In this document: positions 41,120 through 52,141 of the stretch, in pieces
Layout: each line of letters begins with the position of its first letter
How positions within the stretch are numbered: position 1 is the first letter of the stretch
Assembly: GCA_964016885.1 (NCBI GenBank)
Contig: OZ024742.1
Location: 84,382,001 to 84,446,000 of the forward strand
Reading direction: 5' to 3'
Origin: Eledone cirrhosa
Taxonomy: Eukaryota
Length of the DNA stretch: 64,000 nucleotides
Translations under genes and position numbers: made by a program
Notes under the pieces: model-generated
What the model saw: the letters and a program-made list of their open reading frames with translations, nothing else
Told to the model about the DNA's origin: nothing
The model's database searches: none

Positions 41120-41213
41120 ACCCCTTGAGAAGATCGGCTATTTAAATACCAGGATAAATTTTCATTTAGTCCAGAATTAGCCGTCGAAACGGCTTGAGCT
41201 CAGCTGTCGGGGT
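41120..41213 (+). ncRNA. Type I hammerhead ribozyme, U3:A8 variant, long loop II
   Basis: ACCCC-TTGAGAA-GA(T)CGGCTA..37 nt..TAGCCGTC-GAAACGGC ttgagctca GCTGTC-GGGGT; GUC site at 41208. Confidence 0.82.
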
Positions 41214-41304
41214 CTTACTGGTTCCTATTACCCACTCTACTACCTCAAGTATTGAGTACTTTGGTGCGTTATGGTCCACCTGGTTCCTTACCACATTTCC
41301 TTCG

Positions 41305-41404
<100 letters not shown>

Positions 41405-41450
41405 GGATATATATATATACATGTATATGTGTATATATATATATATATGC

Positions 41451-41487
<37 letters not shown>

Positions 41488-41494
41488 CAGGAAC

Positions 41495-41680
41495 AAGTAC
41501 GACCCCGATGGCAGAGCTCAAGCTGTTTTGACGGCTATTTCTGGACACAGAAATAGCCGTCGAAACGGCTTGAGCTCTGCCGCCGGGGTCATACTTTTTC
41601 TTATTTTCACTCTACTACCCTAAGTATTGAGTACTCTGGTGCGTTATGGTCTATCTGGTTCCTTACCACAATTCCTTTGT

Positions 41681-41682
<2 letters not shown>
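41495..41682 (+). mobile_element. Miniature Penelope pLTR end with foldback of two hammerhead 3' halves
   Basis: Arms 41495-41543 / 41548-41596 are homologous to 41172-41220, followed by a tail homologous to 41230-41306. Confidence 0.75.
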
Positions 41683-41712
<30 letters not shown>

Positions 41713-41950
41713 CATACATAAAATTGAAAAAATGTGAAGAATAACATGATCAACAGTACAAAAAAGGGGAATTCATTTAGAGTCTAACAATTTTTTCTCT
41801 GATTGAGTTGTTTAAAAATTGCTGAACACTAGAAGCAGTTTCACTCAATTTTAGATACGATGCTAGCTCAATCATGTCATCAGAAACTGTTATAAAATAT
41901 ATATATAACCGGCAAATCTACAAATTCAAATTACAGCTTCAATAACAATT

Positions 41951-42135
41951 GTTTCTACTATTGGCACAAGGCCAGCAATTACCCAGTACATAACTGGTAC
42001 TTTATTTTATCGACCCCGTAAGGATGAAAGGCAAAGTTAACCTCGGCGGGATTTGAACTCAGAATGGCAAGGGCCGTAACGCTATACCTCAAAGCATGGC
42101 GTCCGACCCTCTACCGATACTGCCAATCAACCGCC
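41951..42135 (-). mobile_element. tRNA-derived SINE, full length
   Basis: Same family as 33684; TSD cttcaataacaat / cttcaataataat. Confidence 0.9.
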
Positions 42136-43073
42136 CATCTTCAATAATAATATTAGTAATAAAGATACAGAGAGAACAAACGAAAGAAAGAAAGAAAAAG
42201 GAAAATAAAAAGAAGAAAAAGGAAAAAGAAAAAGAAAAAGAAAAAGAAAAAGAAAAAGAAAAAGAAAAAGTAAAAGGGGAAATGAAAACAGAGAAAGATA
42301 TAGAGAGAAAAACATGTAGAGAAAGGAGGATAGAAAGAGAATAGAAAAGGATAGAGGATAAATGACGTAAGAGAAACAAATGATATCAACAATAGATGAA
42401 TAAATGTTAATACATGAATAAATGAATAAATGTAAATAAATAAATAAATGAATAACTAAACATATTATATCGAGTATGATACAAAATGATACCAAATATG
42501 AAATATGAAAATATGAAAATAAATAAGTAAAATGTGCGAAGAAATTTAAACATATAAAGATTATTGAAAGTGGTTACAATATAGAGAGATGCGAAAGTAT
42601 AAATATGATAATATTAAATATATTTATGTCTGTATTGTTTATTTTAATAAATTAAATATATAATTAATTAATTATTTGATTAATTAGTTGTATGTTATAT
42701 TAGAAGTGAAAATTATATGATAAGATAACATATGAGGGATGAAATAGAAAGATAGAGATACATAAAATATGAATGTAAATATAAGAGGTTTTGATGTTGG
42801 TTCATTGATAGATGGTGACAATTATAACAATAATGATGATGATGTGATATTATAATAGATCTAAGTGGTACAATTTGGGTTGTGGAATAGATAAGATGAA
42901 TTAAACTGGTCTAAAGTTCTCAAATTTGGTCGCCGTTTTATGCCTAAAGTAAATAGTTCTTTCAATTTTACTGTTAAGTAGCATTTTGATGTACTTTAAC
43001 ATTTGGAAAAGCTCCATATTACAAAGACCACAGTGGGACATGCCAATTCGATAGGCCTTGCTGTTGATATGTG

Positions 43074-43112
<39 letters not shown>

Positions 43113-43117
43113 GCACA

Positions 43118-43178
<61 letters not shown>

Positions 43179-43312
43179 GTAGAGGTTATATTTAATTTGT
43201 TGGGATTCAACAAGCTTAAACATTTTTATAACTGATATAAAGCACTCAACAGTTTAGTGGAGTAAATACACAATATATTAATAAATGGAAACTATATTTA
43301 TAAAACCATATC

Positions 43313-43378
43313 TATTTTATTATGCATATTTCAACGCCAACCAAGGCAAATTATGGTGCGCTTTCATCAGATAAAATA
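43313..43378 (-). ncRNA. Type I hammerhead ribozyme
   Basis: TATTTTAT-CTGATGA-AAGCGCACCA..TGGTTGGCGTT-GAAAT ATGC ATA-ATAAAATA; 8-bp stem I, AUA site. Confidence 0.8.
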
Positions 43379-43864
43379 AAGATTTGCTTCATAAATAAAT
43401 ATTGACATACCCGCAAAAAAGACAACCTTAACGGTTGGAGTTTCCTGGATAGTGGAGCTAATACTTTATTGAGGGTAATGCAAAGTTATGAGTGAGTATG
43501 CAAATGAGTGTCCAAATGGTTGAAAAGATAACGGTTTATTTAAATTAAACTGTTGAAAGAAGATGATATGTAAGGGAGAGAGAAAAAAAGAAAAAAAGAA
43601 AGCCGAAAGAGAGAAGAGGAAAGAAAGAACGATTATACATATTGATAGTGAAGATAGAGTGAATGAAGAAATAAGTTTCAATGGAAAATATACACAGCAT
43701 ATATATCTAAGTGAAAGAAGAAGTGAAAGAAGAAATAAGATTAACGTGGAAGAATAATATTTATAATGTAGGGTTCATTACGTTGTGATTATAATATTTA
43801 TAATGATAGGTTGAAAAATTAGATCAAAATAAAAAATTAAAATGTGACTTAATTTAATATTTTA

Positions 43865-44068
43865 ATATTAAAAATTAAAAATTAAAAATTAAAAATTAAA
43901 AATTAAAAATTAAAAATTAAATATTAAAAATTAAAAATTAAAAATTAAAAATTAAAAATTAAAAATTAAAAATTAAAAATTAAAAATTAAAAATTAAAAA
44001 TTAAAAATTAAAAATTAAAAAAATTAAAAATTAAAAATTAAAAATTAAAAATTAAAATTGAAATTAAA
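43865..44068. repeat. (TTAAAAA)n heptamer array in Penelope C 3' UTR
   Basis: Roughly 28 near-perfect units; the opposite arm (~47716-47850) has a shorter degenerate version. Confidence 0.9.
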
Positions 44069-44943
44069 ACAGGAGTATTTATATCATATTAAGATGTATT
44101 AGTAATAAAATATTGGTTTAGATGTTTATGTTAAGGATTATAAATTATTTAAATAAATATATAGTATTTTATATTAGAGAAAATCTAATATAGTGTATTT
44201 TATTAAAGTAAGTTTGGAAAAATTATATTTATTAATAGTTGTAAGTCAAAATTTAAACATCCAAATAATTCTAAATTTATGAAAAATTTACGAGAGTTTA
44301 CAAAGGAATAACTACTTAATTATATTATAAAAACAGTAAGGAAGTGTAAAGGAAGTTAGAAGTGATTTTTTAAGATCTCAAATGACTCCAAAGATTAAAT
44401 GTTATAAAGTTAAAAATTTTATCTTCAGAATATAATTAAAACATAAACCATATGTTATTTCATACGAAGTCATAAATTTATCTTAAGAATATAATTAAAA
44501 CATAAACCATAGGTTATTTTATAAGAAGTCATACTTGCTATAAAGTTAAAAAAGTTTATCTTAAGAATATAGTTAAAACATAAACCATAGGTTATTCCAC
44601 ATATATATAAAGACCTATATATAAAAATCATATGTTATTCCACATATATATAAATATTTGGATACATATATTAAAAACTTTGCAGATATAAAAATATTGG
44701 AAGATATGAAAATAATCGTTTTTCTATATCTTTCAAAGAATTTTGTAAAACCTTCCGTAAGTCTTTCAAGAAAATTTTTTCTAAAAAGTGTTTCAAGCAG
44801 TGACATAAAAAAAGTTTATAATCTATTGATAGGTGTAATAATATAAAGTATATATATGAGGTAGAGATAATAGAAAGTAAATTAAATATATATGAATCAT
44901 ATATAGATATAGAAAACATTATCTAAAAGAGATTAACCATATA

Positions 44944-46660
44944 TTATATTTTATATATATATTTAAAAGTTGAGTTTAAACGATGTTTACAAGAACTAAA
45001 TAAATTATTTCGCGAATTAATAGAGTTCTTACTTTTTAGTATAATGAATATTTCGTCAGCGCAAAGTGAGCAATTTTTGGATAGAGCAGTGTATGATGGA
45101 GCTTTGGAGATACTTTTCCAAAATATAGAATAGTTAATATTCTTGGATTTTAAGTTCCATATTAAGTTAGATAGAAAAGTTGAAGATTTTTTACCAATAT
45201 TCGTAAAGGAATATTTATGGTTATTAAAACGAGATTTGAAGTCTGTGGATGTAGAGCCGACATAGTTAAAGAAGTTTTCATTTGTTTTGACATTACAATT
45301 GTATACTATATTTTTAACTAAACAGTTATTATTTAGAGGACAGTTAGATTGATTTCTACAATTACATTTATCTGAATTTATATTATTGGGAGCCGTAACA
45401 TTATATTGGATATTGCTAGAGGTATTAATGCTATTCTGATTTGATTTTAAGTTTCTATTATTAATTCTATTAATATTCTGCGCTAAATTCATAGTGGTGG
45501 AATATAAGAGTTTAATAGTATGTCTATTAAAGATTGAGTAATATCTGTGTCTTAGGAAAGCACGTATTTAGAGCTTTAAAATATAATTTAGCTATAGGAG
45601 TTTTAATACTTAATGAGAAAGGGGAAACGAACCATAATATATTTCTAGTTCTAATTTTTCTTTTGATTTTCGAGTTAGTGCAAGGTTTCCTATTATAATT
45701 ATATTTATAGTTATGGTTAATTGGCACATCCTTATTGTCAATGTATTTAATTTCATTACTATAGCCTGCTCTACTTAATGTTTCGTTATAATATTGTGCC
45801 TTATCTTCAAATATATTTTTATTCGCTGAAATTATAGAAATATGTTGCTGCACAGAATTTACAATAGTGTTTTTAATGGATCTGGGGTGATTGGAATTAA
45901 AGTTAACATAGTTTAAATTCTCATTTATTTTATGAAATGGATAATAAAGACCAGTATTAAGGTTTAAAGTTACATCTAAAAAAATAACTATTTTATAATT
46001 ATTCTCTACTTCTACCTTAAGATTAACGCTATTAAAAAATTGTATAATTTCTTTTCTTTTCCTATTTATTTCACAATTATTATTATTTTCAATAAGCAAT
46101 AGCATATCGTCACGATATAAACCACCGGTCATTTCCGGTATTTTCCTATGTAAAGTATTGTTAATAAAAAGCCCCACAAGATCCGTTAATTGCGCCGAGT
46201 CCGATGACCCCCATAGTGATATCGTAATTGTTATCCCTATCTGCACTAGTCCAAAAGTGGTTGCTAAATTCAATTAATGTTTTACGTGCAGTTAAGATAA
46301 TGTGCATTTCATTGCTAGTTAAATCTGTATATTTAAATGCACATGTAAGAGCTTTATTAAGTAGATTAGGAGTGATAGATGAGTAATAATTAGCAATATC
46401 CAATTGAATGAATTTATTGTTCTGTTTATATTAAACGAGTCAATAACTTAAACCAGTCAATACCTTCATTAGTCCCATTCCATAATTTTAAATAAGTTAT
46501 TTCCTTAAGTTGTTGTGGTATGATTCTATCTAAAATATTCTTGCTAAGTATGCCTTTAACTATGTCGGCTCTATTTCTACAGACTTCAAATTTCGTTTCA
46601 ATAACCATAAATGTTCCTTTACGAATATTGGTAAAAAATTTTCAACTTCTTTATCTAACT
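44944..46660 (-). pseudogene. Penelope-like RT + GIY-YIG, frameshifted
   Basis: LDIANYYSSI, GSSDSAQLTDLVG, LYRDD, FLDVTLNL, SNHP, CNCR...CPL..NC..IVYNC, YVGST..FKSR, CSLC, CKHR. Confidence 0.9.
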
Positions 46661-48274
46661 TATTATGGAACTTAAAATCCAAGAATATTAACTATTCTTT
46701 ATTTTGGAAAATTATCTCCAAAGCTCTTTAATACACTGCTCTATCCAAAAATTGCTCACTTTGCGTTGAAGAAATATTCTTTATACTAAAAAGTAAGAAC
46801 TCTATTAATTTGCAAAATAATTTATTTAGTTCTTGTAAACATCGTTTAAACTCAACTTTTAAATAAAATGTAATATATGATTAATCTCCTTTAGATAATG
46901 TTTTCTATATCTATATATGATTCATATATATTTAATTTACTTTCTATTATCTCTACCTCATATATATACTTTATATTATTACACATATCAATAGATTATA
47001 AACTTTTTTTACATGACTATTTGAAACTCTTTTAAGAAAAACTTTTCTTGAAAAACTTACGGAAGGTTTTACAAAATTCTTTGAAAGTTCCTTTGAAAGA
47101 TATAGAAAAACCATTATTTTCATATCTTCCAATATTTTTATATCTTCAAACGTTTTTAATATATGTATCCAAATATTTATATATATGTGGAATAACATAT
47201 GATTTTTATATATAGTTTTTTTTATATATATATATGTGGAATAAACTATGGTTTATGTTTTAACTATATTTTTAAGATACATTTTTAAAACTTTATAGAA
47301 AGTATGACTTCTTATAAAATAACATATGGTTTATGTTTTAATTATATTCTGAAGATAACATTTTTAACTTTGTAACATTTAATCTTTGGAGTCATTTGAG
47401 ATCTTAAAAAATCACTTCTAACTTCCTTTACACTTCCTTACTGTTTTTATAATATAATTAAGTAGTTATTCCTTTGTAAACTCTCGTAAATTTTTCATAA
47501 ATTTAGAATTATTTAGATGTTTAAATTTTGACTTATAACTATTAATAAATATAATTTACAACTATTAATAAATATAATTTAATAAAATACACTATATTAG
47601 ATTTTCTCTAATGTAAAATACTATATATTTATTTAAATAATTTATAATCCTTAACATACACATCTAAACCAATATATTATTACTAATACATCTTAATATA
47701 ATATAAATACTTCTGTTTTAATTTTAATTTTAATTTTTAATTTCTAATTTTTAATTTTTAATATTAATATTAAATTATTAAATTAAATCTTTAATATTAA
47801 GGCAAACTTTAATTTTTAATTTTGATTACTAATTTTTAATTTTAATCTAATTTTTCAACGTATCATTATAAATATTATAATCACAACGTAATGAACCCTA
47901 CATTATAAATATTATTCTTCCACGTTAATCTTCTTTCACTTAGATACTTTTACGTTGTGTATATTTCTCCATTGAAACTTATCTCTTCATTCACTCTATC
48001 TTCACTATCAATATGTATAATCGTTCTTTCTTTCCTCTACTCTCTTTCTCCTTTCTTTTTTTCTTTTTTTTCTCTCTCCCTTACATATCATCTTCTTCCA
48101 ACAGTTTAATTTAAATAAACCGTTATCTTTTCAACCTTTCGGACACCCATTTGCATACTCACTCAAACTTTGTATTACCCTCAATAAATTATTATCTCCA
48201 CTATCCAGGACGCTCCAACCGTTAAGGTTGTCTTTTTTGCGGGTATGTCAATATTTATTTATAAAACAAATCTG

Positions 48275-48340
48275 TATTTTATCTGATGAAAGCGCACCAT
48301 AATTTGCCTTGGTTGCCCTTGAAATATGTATAATAAAATA
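48275..48340 (+). ncRNA. Hammerhead ribozyme (inverted-arm copy of 43313)
   Basis: TATTTTAT-CTGATGA-AAGCGCACCA..TGGTTGCCCTT-GAAATATGTATA-ATAAAATA; stem II partly mutated. Confidence 0.7.
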
Positions 48341-48378
48341 AATATGGTTTTATAAATATAGTTTCCATTTATTAATAT

Positions 48379-48410
<32 letters not shown>

Positions 48411-48414
<4 letters not shown>

Positions 48415-49655
48415 AGAATGAAACGAAATTTCATTTCTCACTCTTAGTACGGCACTTACTCAAATATAAGTATGTATGTATGTATACGTAAATACATATA
48501 TGTATACAGACGTACAGTAGTATGTATATATATACATACATGCACACATATATATATATATACACGTATCGGTTTACCGAACATTTATTGCAATGCTCGG
48601 TTTGTTTGTTTGTAAACAATCAATGACACAGGAACGATGTACTAGTTTCAAGCTTATTAGCTATCGTCAGCATCGTATACCTTTCTGCCAGATGGTTGAA
48701 CGTCTGAAAGTATATACTTTCCTTATGCATATTAACGGCTGAGCAGCCTAATTTGAATATCGAGTGAGCTCAGTCGACCGGGCACACCGAAAACGATAAA
48801 TGGAATAGAATGAAACGAAATTTCATTTCTCACTCTTAGTACGGCACTTACTTAAATGTAAGTATATATGTATGTATACGTACATACATATATGTATACA
48901 GACTACTTTAGTATGTATATATATATATGCACGTATCGGTGTACCGAACATTTATTATAATGCTCGGTTTGTTTGTTTGTAAACAAACAAACAGCCCGAA
49001 TTACGCCGTACAGTGTTTAGGCAACCACGTCACCTTTTTGTTCAACACTGACACAGGAACGATGTACTAGTTTCAAGCTTATTAGCTATTGTCAGCATCG
49101 TATACATTCCTACCAGATGGTTGAACGTCTGAAAGTATATACTTTCCTTATGCATATTAACGGCTGAGCAGCCTAATTTGCATATCGAGTGAGTTCAGTC
49201 GGTCGGGCACACCGAAAACGATAAATGGAATAGAATGAAACGAAATTTCATTTCTCACTCTTAGTACGGCTGTTACTTAAATATAAGTATGTATGTATGT
49301 ATACGTACATACATATATGTATACAGAGGTACAGTAGTATGTATATATATACATACATGCACACGTTAATATGCATGAGGAAAGTATATACTTTCAGACG
49401 TTCAACCATCTGGCGGGAAGGTATACGATGCTGACGATAGCTAATAAGCTTGAAATTAGTACGTCGTTCCTGTGTCAGTGTTGAACAAAAAGGTGACGTG
49501 GTTGCCTTAACACTGTACGGCGTAATTCGGGCTGTTCGTTTGTTTACAAACAAACAAACAAACAAAGCGAGCATTATAATAAATGTTCGGTAAACCGATA
49601 CGTGCATATATATATGTGTGCATGTATGTATATATATACATACTACTGTACGTCT
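48411..49655. repeat. Tandem array of ~390-425 bp units (starts 48411, 48803, 49228) ending in an inverted unit (49364-49655)
   Basis: gaatagaatgaaacgaaatttcatttctcactcttagtacggc occurs three times. 49364-49655 is the reverse complement of the unit interior. Confidence 0.85.
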
Positions 49656-50358
49656 AAACAGAAAAGAAGGAATTGAATAACAACAACATCCAAACAAAAA
49701 ATACTGACTTAAGAGAAGTATAAATAAATAAATAAATACATACACAAGCACAATAACAACAAACACATATAAACACACACTAGTAAACTAAGATAGAATA
49801 CAATAACCAATACACAGTCACCCAAACCCGAACACACATCAAACACGCATACGCATGCGCAGAGAAGACAAAAAATAAATAAATAAATAAATAAACAGAT
49901 TAAATAAGGATGGCGTAGGCAACAATACAACAGGAGGAAACATAATAGCACCACTGACGATTTTGCAGATGTGCAAAGAAAGAACTTTGTTAGACTATAT
50001 ATATGTGTTTGTGTCTATATTATATCTGTATTTCTGATTGTTGGTCAGTCAATGGTAACATTGAGGACCGAATAAATTAAATTACCCGATATAAAAGACA
50101 CAGAAGCGAAAACCAACCAAACATTGAGTGTGTTCTGTTATTAATTCTGGCAATATTATTACACAAATATGACCCTCCCAAGTATAACAATATTTGTTTC
50201 GACACACGATTTCATGTGAAAAACCTCGTAAAACTAATTCATCGCCGTTATATATATATACATATATATATATGTGTATATATATATAAATGTGTATATA
50301 TATATGTGTATATATATACATATATATATGTGTATATATATATGTGTGTGTGTGTGGG

Positions 50359-50391
<33 letters not shown>

Positions 50392-50414
50392 GTGTGTGTA
50401 TATATATATATCTG

Positions 50415-50517
<103 letters not shown>

Positions 50518-50946
50518 ATATATATATATATAACCAAGGCCTCACTCACACAAGGAAAAAGTATATACAAATTTACGTGCCATTCCTACAAACTCGCAAG
50601 TTAAATTTCTTAAATATAAGTTATTATATACACTCGTTTTACCTTGAATATCTTCAAACAACCAAATAACCAAAAACAAGTGTATATAAATACACGTGTC
50701 TTTCCTACAAACTCGCAAGTTCATTTTCTTAACTACAAATTATTATATACACTAGTTTTTCCTGGGATATCTTCAAACAACCAAATAACCAAAAACTATT
50801 AACATCCTCAAACAACCAAACTCACATCCATAAGAGAGGATACATATATATATACATGATTCTTTAATTTCTTCAAATAACCAAAGTCTCACTCACGTAT
50901 CAAATATCAAATATCAAATATCTAAAAAGACACATAAGGAAAAAAA

Positions 50947-52141
50947 ATGAATATTGCCCAGCAAGCCCACAACAATCGAAGTTGGTCTGATAATCAAATT
51001 GACCTCTTAATAAACACATGGTTTTCTCTGTCCCAAACAATAAACATTAACGAGTTGTGTCTCAATGAGATTGCTGAAAAAAACTGCTCAAACATTTACC
51101 ACGAGGTCTGCTAAGCAGATACACAACAAACTAAAACATGTAGAAGTTTCTTTCAAACTAATTCAAAACCATTTTGAAAAACGTCGACATATTTACTCCA
51201 ATAAGCACAACAGCAACAACAACAACAGCCACAGCAACAACAACGGCCAGAGAATCAGGAGCCACCACCACCGCCACCACTACATAATAGCTGAGTTACA
51301 GAATGACACTACCCCCCAACCACTCTCTCAGCCATCATTATCGCCATCACCATCACCACCGTCACCATCCTCTGCCACATCAACTGCTAGTAATGGACCA
51401 CTGCTTTCTCTCCCACCACTCGCACAACCTCCATCACAGTTGTCATCATCATCATCGTCACCACTACTGCTTTCTTTCCCCACACCGCCACCACAGTCAT
51501 GCTGTAGTCAAAAGAACTTTAAAAAATCATCTATGGATCTGTATGCACCCCCCACTATACAAACTAGAAGCAGCAAAATATGCCGCTACTCACTACGTGA
51601 GAGGCTATGCACACGTAGCGACTGCATATTTACCCATTTACCTGGTACTAGGCGCAATAACAATGCCAGCTAACACCAAAGCACGCTGCCCACACGCATA
51701 AGTCGGAGTCCCAAGATCTGCCAACATTCCCAACGTGAGAGGCTATGTCTGCTGACTGACTGTCCGTTGACTCATCTTCTTGGGACACAACGCACCAATA
51801 GAAAAGAGGCTCCATGCCAACACACAAACCAAAATAAAGCCACCCCTGCTGCAGTAATGCTGCTCCAGTCTTTTCACAAAGACACGATTACAACAACAAC
51901 AAATACAACAACAACAAAAGTAATGCTGCTCCAGTCTTTTCATAAAGACACAATTACAACAAATACAACAACAACAACAAAAAAAGAGGGAACTGCAACC
52001 CTATCCAATGGTGTAACCACAAATCCAATCAAAAACTGCTCGCTGAACAAGTTTTTTTTTTCTTTTTTAGCCATGAAACTGGCAAAAGAGATAGAGAAAA
52101 ATATTTTAGCCATCACCCAACACCATCCTTGCTGTCACTAA
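50947..52141 (+). pseudogene. LINE ORF1: Myb/SANT-like N-terminus + two CCCH zinc fingers (one frameshift, one stop)
   Basis: WSDNQIDLLINTW...EIAEK/TAQTFTTRSAKQIHNKLKHV; CRYSLRERLCTRSDCIFTH and CQHSQRERLCLLTDCPLTH. Confidence 0.7.

Larger units (their letters stand above)
43200..48383 (-). mobile_element. Penelope-like element C (AT-rich), 5'-truncated with ~1.7-1.9 kb inverted repeat
   Basis: Arms ~43271-45173 and 46652-48383 are reverse complements; hammerheads at both outer ends; junction microhomology tatctaactta. Confidence 0.9.

Noticed and set aside
43865-44068. Telomeric repeat or CRISPR-like array
   Set aside because: TTAAAAA heptamer with no spacers, inside a Penelope 3' UTR; not a TTAGGG-type repeat.
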